Shown: positions 59,694 through 64,000 of the stretch, one piece after another
Layout of the letters: every line of letters begins with the position of its first letter
Numbering within the stretch: position 1 is the stretch's first letter
From: Minisyncoccota bacterium
GTDB taxonomy: Bacteria; Patescibacteriota; Minisyncoccia; Phycocordibacterales; UBA9973
NCBI GenBank assembly: GCA_041664605.1
Contig: JBAYKO010000003.1
Location: 6,858-70,857 of the forward strand
Direction of reading: 5' to 3'
Length of the DNA stretch: 64,000 bases
Notes under the pieces: generated by a model
Database searches by the model: none
What the model saw: the letters and a program-made list of their open reading frames with translations, nothing else
What the model was told of the DNA's origin: nothing
Made by a program: the position numbers and the translations under genes

Positions 59694-62600
59694 TTAAATC
59701 TCTTTTGAGTTTTTCTTATTAAGCTCGACATCAAGTGCAAGACCTCTTAGGTAATTTAACATCACACTAAATGATGCTGGTGCATTTGGTTGCTTAATTT
59801 TTTCACCCTTGATAATGGAATCGAATGTCTGAGATCGACCGATAATATCGTCAGACTTAATTGTAAGCATTTCTCGTAATGTATAAGACGCACCATATCC
59901 TTCAAGTGCCCAGACTTCCATTTCTCCAAATCTCTGACCTCCTCCTTGAGCCTTACCCCCGAGTGGCTGTTGTGTAATTAATGAATATGATCCTATTGAA
60001 CGCATATGAATTTTATCTTCAACCATGTGGTGAAGTTTCAACATATACATATATCCAATAGCAATATCTTGATCAAAAGATTCCCCTGTTCGTCCATCAA
60101 AAAGTTTTACTTTTCCGTTTTCTGGAAAATTGGCTTTCTTTAATTCTGCTTTAATTTCAACATCTGATGCCCCTGAGAACGTCGGAACGATTGCTTGATA
60201 TCCTAAAGTATTTGCTGCATAACCTAAGTGCATTTCCAAAATCTGTCCTAGGTTCATACGAGAAGGCACACCAAGTGGAGTCAAAATAATATCAACTGGT
60301 GTTCCATCTGCCATATATGGCATTTCTTCTTCTGGTAGAATTGTTGAAATAACCCCTTTGTTTCCATGTCTTCCGGCTAATTTATCTCCGACAGAAATAT
60401 TTCTGATTTGAGCAACTTCAACAACAACTTTCTTTATTATTCCTGATTCAAGATTGTGCCCTTGATCTCTAGAAAATATTTTCACACTGATAACTCTACC
60501 TTTCTTTCCGTGTTCCATTCTTAAAGATGTATCTTTAACATCTCTAGCTTTTTCAGCAAAGATTGATCTTAGAAGTCTTTCTTCTGGTGTAAGTTCTGTT
60601 TCACCCTTTGGAGTAATTTTGCCAACCAAAATATCATTCTCTCTTATTTCAGCTCCCACTCTTATAATTCCCTCTTCATCTAGATCTTTTAATTTAGCTT
60701 CACCGACATTTGGAATATCTCTAGTTGTAATTTCAGGTCCTAGCTTTGTATCACGAACTATACAAATAAATTCTTCAATGTGAATGGATGTAAATTTACT
60801 TTTTTTAACAAGTCTTTCAGAAAGAATAATAGCGTCTTCGTAGTTTGATCCGCCCCATGACATAAAAGCAACGAGTGCATTTTGTCCTAGTGCCATTTGT
60901 CCTTGTGCAGTAGATGAAGTATCTGCAAGAACATCCCCTTTTTTAACTTTTTCTCCAACCGAAGTTATTGGTCTTTGATGAAAAGATGAAAAGTTGTTTG
61001 TTCTTGAAAAAGTTACAAGATTATAAACTTTTTCTTTTCCCTTTGTGTCTTTATTTATGATTTTATTAGCATCAACATAAGTAATTACCCCATCCTCTTC
61101 TGCAACAATAAGTCTTCCGGAATCTCTTGATGCAAGTTCTTCCATTCCAGTTGCCACCAATGGAACATCAGGAACGATACAAGGCGTTGCTTGTTTCTGC
61201 ATGTTTGATCCCATCAGAGCTCTGTTTCCATCATCGTGTTCTAGAAATGGAATTGTTGAAGTAGCAATAGAAAAAGCTTGGTTTGTAGCCACATCAATAT
61301 AATCAATTTTTTCTCTTTCAATAAAACCAGGCAAGGTTTTTATTCTAGCTTCAACTTTTTTATCGAGTAAATTTCCTTTTTCATCATAATTTGCTCCAGC
61401 ATGAGCAATAATAAATCTTTCTTCTTCAAGCGCATTCAAGTAGTGAACTTCATCAGTTATTTTTCCTTTGTGTACTTTTACATAAGGAGTTTCAATAATT
61501 CCAAATTCATTTACTCTAGCGTAATTTGATAGGTGAAGAATCAATCCAATGTTTGGACCTTCTGGTGTGTGAATAGGACAAACTCTACCATAGTGAGAAG
61601 TGTGCACATCTCTAACTTCAAGACCTGCTCGTTCTCTTGTTAATCCTCCAGGGCCTAAAGCAGACAGTGTTCTTAAATGTTCAAGTTCAGCCAAGACATT
61701 TTCTTGGTTCATAAATTGTGAAAGTTGGTTTGTTGTAAAAAATTCTTTTATTCTTGCTTGTAATGGTCTCTGATTTATAACTTGAACAGGAAGTGTTGTA
61801 ACTGCATCAATAGTAGACATTCTATCTTGAATATTTCTTTTAATCTGAGTCATACCAACTCTAATTCTGCTTTGTAGAAGTTCCCCAACAAACCTTACTC
61901 TTCTTTGACCTAAGTGGTCAATATCATCAGCTTTTGCGTTTGGATTTGAGTTTAATTCAATAACGTTTGAAATTATAGAAACTAAATCTTCTTTGGAAAT
62001 TGTTCTTCTTTCAAGTTCCTTAGGATCCATACTTTTTTCAAATCTTGAATTAAAACGAAATCTTCCAACTGGAGATAAGTCATATCTTTCAGCACTAAAA
62101 AGTGATTCTATAAATTCTTTTGCATTATCGGCAGTAGCCATGTCGCCATCTCTTAATCTTTTGTAAATTTCAATATATGATTCATTAGGAAGTTTAGCCA
62201 AGTCTTTTTCAAGACAAAGTTTTAAAATTTCTTGATCAAGCTCTTTTGGAAAAGCTTTCAAAATCTCTTGATCATTTTTGAAACCAAGCGCTCTTAAAAG
62301 TGAAGCGATAGGGAATTTTCTTTTCTTGTCGATACGAACATAAAGCGTTCCATCAGTATCTGTTTCGATTTCAATCCATGCCCCACGAGCTGGAATTATT
62401 TTTGCACCAAAATATTTTTTTCCTTTAACTTCTTGGTCAGTAAAAAATACCCCGAAACTTCTAGCAAGTTGAGGTACTATAACTCTTTCTACTCCATTTA
62501 TTATGAAAGTTCCATGAGCTGTCATCATTGGAAGATCAGACATGAAAACTTCTTGTTCTTTAAAACCACCAATAGTCTTATTGGTAAGTTTTACCATAGC

Positions 62601-62867
62601 CTTAAGAGAAGCTTCATAAGTAAGCTTATTAGTCTTGGCATAATATTCGTCACACTTTGGTTCTCCTAGTGAGAATGACGTGAACTCTAATTGGAATTTT
62701 TTATCTGCATAGTCATTGATGGGAGAAAATTCCTTAAAAACTTCTTTCAAACCTTTTTCAACTAACCAGTTGAATGAGTTTATCTGGGTCTCAATTAAAT
62801 CCGGAAATTTAACCAAGGGCTTTCTGTATTTCGCAAAATACTTTTTTTCTATTTTGGTGCTTTTCAT
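59694..62867 (-). CDS. rpoB: DNA-directed RNA polymerase subunit beta
   Basis: Conserved beta-subunit blocks (GEMEVWALEGYGA etc.). Confidence 0.97.
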   Translation of the reverse strand: MKSTKIEKKYFAKYRKPLVKFPDLIETQINSFNWLVEKGLKEVFKEFSPINDYADKKFQLEFTSFSLGEPKCDEYYAKTNKLTYEASLKAMVKLTNKTIGGFKEQEVFMSDLPMMTAHGTFIINGVERVIVPQLARSFGVFFTDQEVKGKKYFGAKIIPARGAWIEIETDTDGTLYVRIDKKRKFPIASLLRALGFKNDQEILKAFPKELDQEILKLCLEKDLAKLPNESYIEIYKRLRDGDMATADNAKEFIESLFSAERYDLSPVGRFRFNSRFEKSMDPKELERRTISKEDLVSIISNVIELNSNPNAKADDIDHLGQRRVRFVGELLQSRIRVGMTQIKRNIQDRMSTIDAVTTLPVQVINQRPLQARIKEFFTTNQLSQFMNQENVLAELEHLRTLSALGPGGLTRERAGLEVRDVHTSHYGRVCPIHTPEGPNIGLILHLSNYARVNEFGIIETPYVKVHKGKITDEVHYLNALEEERFIIAHAGANYDEKGNLLDKKVEARIKTLPGFIEREKIDYIDVATNQAFSIATSTIPFLEHDDGNRALMGSNMQKQATPCIVPDVPLVATGMEELASRDSGRLIVAEEDGVITYVDANKIINKDTKGKEKVYNLVTFSRTNNFSSFHQRPITSVGEKVKKGDVLADTSSTAQGQMALGQNALVAFMSWGGSNYEDAIILSERLVKKSKFTSIHIEEFICIVRDTKLGPEITTRDIPNVGEAKLKDLDEEGIIRVGAEIRENDILVGKITPKGETELTPEERLLRSIFAEKARDVKDTSLRMEHGKKGRVISVKIFSRDQGHNLESGIIKKVVVEVAQIRNISVGDKLAGRHGNKGVISTILPEEEMPYMADGTPVDIILTPLGVPSRMNLGQILEMHLGYAANTLGYQAIVPTFSGASDVEIKAELKKANFPENGKVKLFDGRTGESFDQDIAIGYMYMLKLHHMVEDKIHMRSIGSYSLITQQPLGGKAQGGGQRFGEMEVWALEGYGASYTLREMLTIKSDDIIGRSQTFDSIIKGEKIKQPNAPASFSVMLNYLRGLALDVELNKKNSKEI

Positions 62868-63008
62868 AATAAAATAAAATACAAAGACAAAAAAATTGCC
62901 TTTTTATTAAAGGTTTGCCTCCCGCTAAAAAAGAGGCTTTAATTTATAAAAATTTTACTAAATAGTTCTTAGATTGACACCAGTAACTCAATCTCTCAAT
63001 CGAATATA

Positions 63009-63036
63009 AGTATATGGATTTCCTTAATAATGTCAA
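63009..63036 (-). promoter_or_regulatory. sigma70 promoter (TTGACA-N16-TATACT) driving rpoB with a ~135-nt leader
   Basis: Minus-strand read gives TTGACAttattaaggaaatccaTATACT. Confidence 0.5.
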
Positions 63037-63086
63037 CCCGGCAGTAGATCTTGATGTGGATAACAACAAGTCTCACTGCCGGGTCA
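63035..63086 (-). other. GC-rich stem (AACCCGGCAGT / ACTGCCGGGT) with a ~30-nt loop immediately upstream of the rpoB promoter
   Basis: 10-11-bp GC stem in an AT-rich context. Confidence 0.4.
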
Positions 63087-63110
63087 AGGAATTATATGTG
63101 TATAAACAAA

Positions 63111-63139
63111 AAGTGCCTTTCCGCAAGGAAGGGCACTTT
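63111..63139 (-). terminator. terminator AAAGTGCCTTTCC-gcaa-GGAAGGGCACTTT followed by a T-run on the minus strand
   Basis: 12-bp stem with one mismatch; downstream of the 63159-63452 gene. Confidence 0.55.
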
Positions 63140-63158
63140 AAAAGGACAATTTATGAAA

Positions 63159-63452
63159 TTATTGTAGTCTCATAACAAATTTCTTGGGATTACGCTCTTT
63201 AACATAAGCTTCGACTTTCCATCCAGCTTCTTCATAAAGTCTTACTAATACATTCTGAAAGTTTTTAAAATATCTGTCTTGGATAATTTCGTCATCACTT
63301 TCAAAAATTACTGTAACTTTTGAAATAATAAACTGATCATCTATCTCTTTATTAATAGCTGTCATAAAATCAATAAGCTTGGCTTGAAAAAATGATGGAA
63401 GAATTATTTTTAAGGCATCTGTCTTTCTTTTAGCTGAAACGGGTACAATCAT
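63159..63452 (-). CDS. hypothetical protein (97 aa)
   Basis: ORF between trmD and rpoB. Confidence 0.4.
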   Translation of the reverse strand: MIVPVSAKRKTDALKIILPSFFQAKLIDFMTAINKEIDDQFIISKVTVIFESDDEIIQDRYFKNFQNVLVRLYEEAGWKVEAYVKERNPKKFVMRLQ

Positions 63453-63589
63453 AATATCATTATTTAAATTACATTTTCTGAGTACATGGTATCATATAAT
63501 TAATTCTTTGTCAACAAAAAAATAACATACCAACAAACTGGAGTTTATTGGTATGTCTTTTCTATTTTCTCTTTTATAATATTTAATTC

Positions 63590-64000
63590 TTACCTCTTAA
63601 TACTTTTCTGTTTCCATTTCTCAATTTCAGCATGATTACCTGACAACAACACCTTAGGAACTTTATAGCTTTTATCTTTATGTTTGATTATTTCTGGCCT
63701 TGTATACATTTCACTTGTTGAAATTCTATTCTCTTCAATAGATTCTCTATCTCCCAATACACCATCAATTTGCCTTGAAACTGAATCAATAATTATCATC
63801 GCTCCCAATTCCCCACCAGTTAAAATATAATCTCCAACAGAAATTTCTTCTGCTTTTAATATTTTTTTAACTCGACTATCAATTCCTTCATATCTTCCTG
63901 AAATTATAATTAAATCAGAAAACTTTTTTGACCAATCTTTGGCGATTTTATTTGTAAACTTTTTCCCACTTGGCGATAATATTATTACTTTAGGTTTTAG
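63590..64000 (-). CDS. trmD: tRNA (guanine37-N1)-methyltransferase, C-terminal ~137 aa (gene continues past the right edge)
   Basis: Frame is open to 64000. ..ISGRYEGIDSRVKKILKAEEISVGDYILTGGELGAMIIIDSVSRQ..LLSGNHAEIEKWK matches the TrmD SPOUT knot region. Confidence 0.85.
   Translation of the reverse strand, partial: LKPKVIILSPSGKKFTNKIAKDWSKKFSDLIIISGRYEGIDSRVKKILKAEEISVGDYILTGGELGAMIIIDSVSRQIDGVLGDRESIEENRISTSEMYTRPEIIKHKDKSYKVPKVLLSGNHAEIEKWKQKSIKR

Overview
This is an AT-rich, gene-dense window (about 30% GC) that looks like a CPR/Patescibacteria-type genome. Most genes lie on the minus strand. The right two-thirds (about 22-64 kb) is core housekeeping. It encodes ddl, uvrC, uvrA, uvrB, tgt, mreBC, proS, rpsB, tsf, tRNA-Thr, rpoD, dnaG, rpoC, rpoB and a trmD fragment. 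It also holds a sortase / LPXTG / DUF3494 (ice-binding-like) surface-protein cluster and a small cell-envelope gene block (OatA-like acyltransferase, a QxxRW GT2, DsbA and a BNR/LamG protein). The left third is accessory. (1) A LexA gene is translationally coupled to a BcgI-like type IIB restriction-modification locus (a PD-(D/E)xK nuclease + N6A-MTase fusion and a partial HsdS-like subunit). Two unknown small ORFs sit between the two subunits. (2) A class II Fic gene is flanked by a 35-bp GC-rich inverted repeat. (3) An integrative element of roughly 16 kb with elevated GC abuts the 3' end of tRNA-Ala(UGC). It carries a large serine recombinase, a Prim-Pol plus RecA-like NTPase replication protein, an ArdC-N-like protein and an AbrB/SymE-like protein. 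It also carries a defence block made of an m5C-MTase, a putative REase, an 862-aa Zn-hook ABC ATPase (RloC/Rad50-like) and a 341-aa partner with an RNxxxH (HEPN-like) motif. Two families of short GC-rich palindromic repeats are scattered across intergenic regions (TCCGACC core and CCCCGTAGT core). Related GC-rich repeats appear as in-frame insertions inside uvrB and uvrC. No CRISPR array or rRNA was seen. All calls rest on reading motifs in the translated ORFs and the DNA; no database searches were possible.
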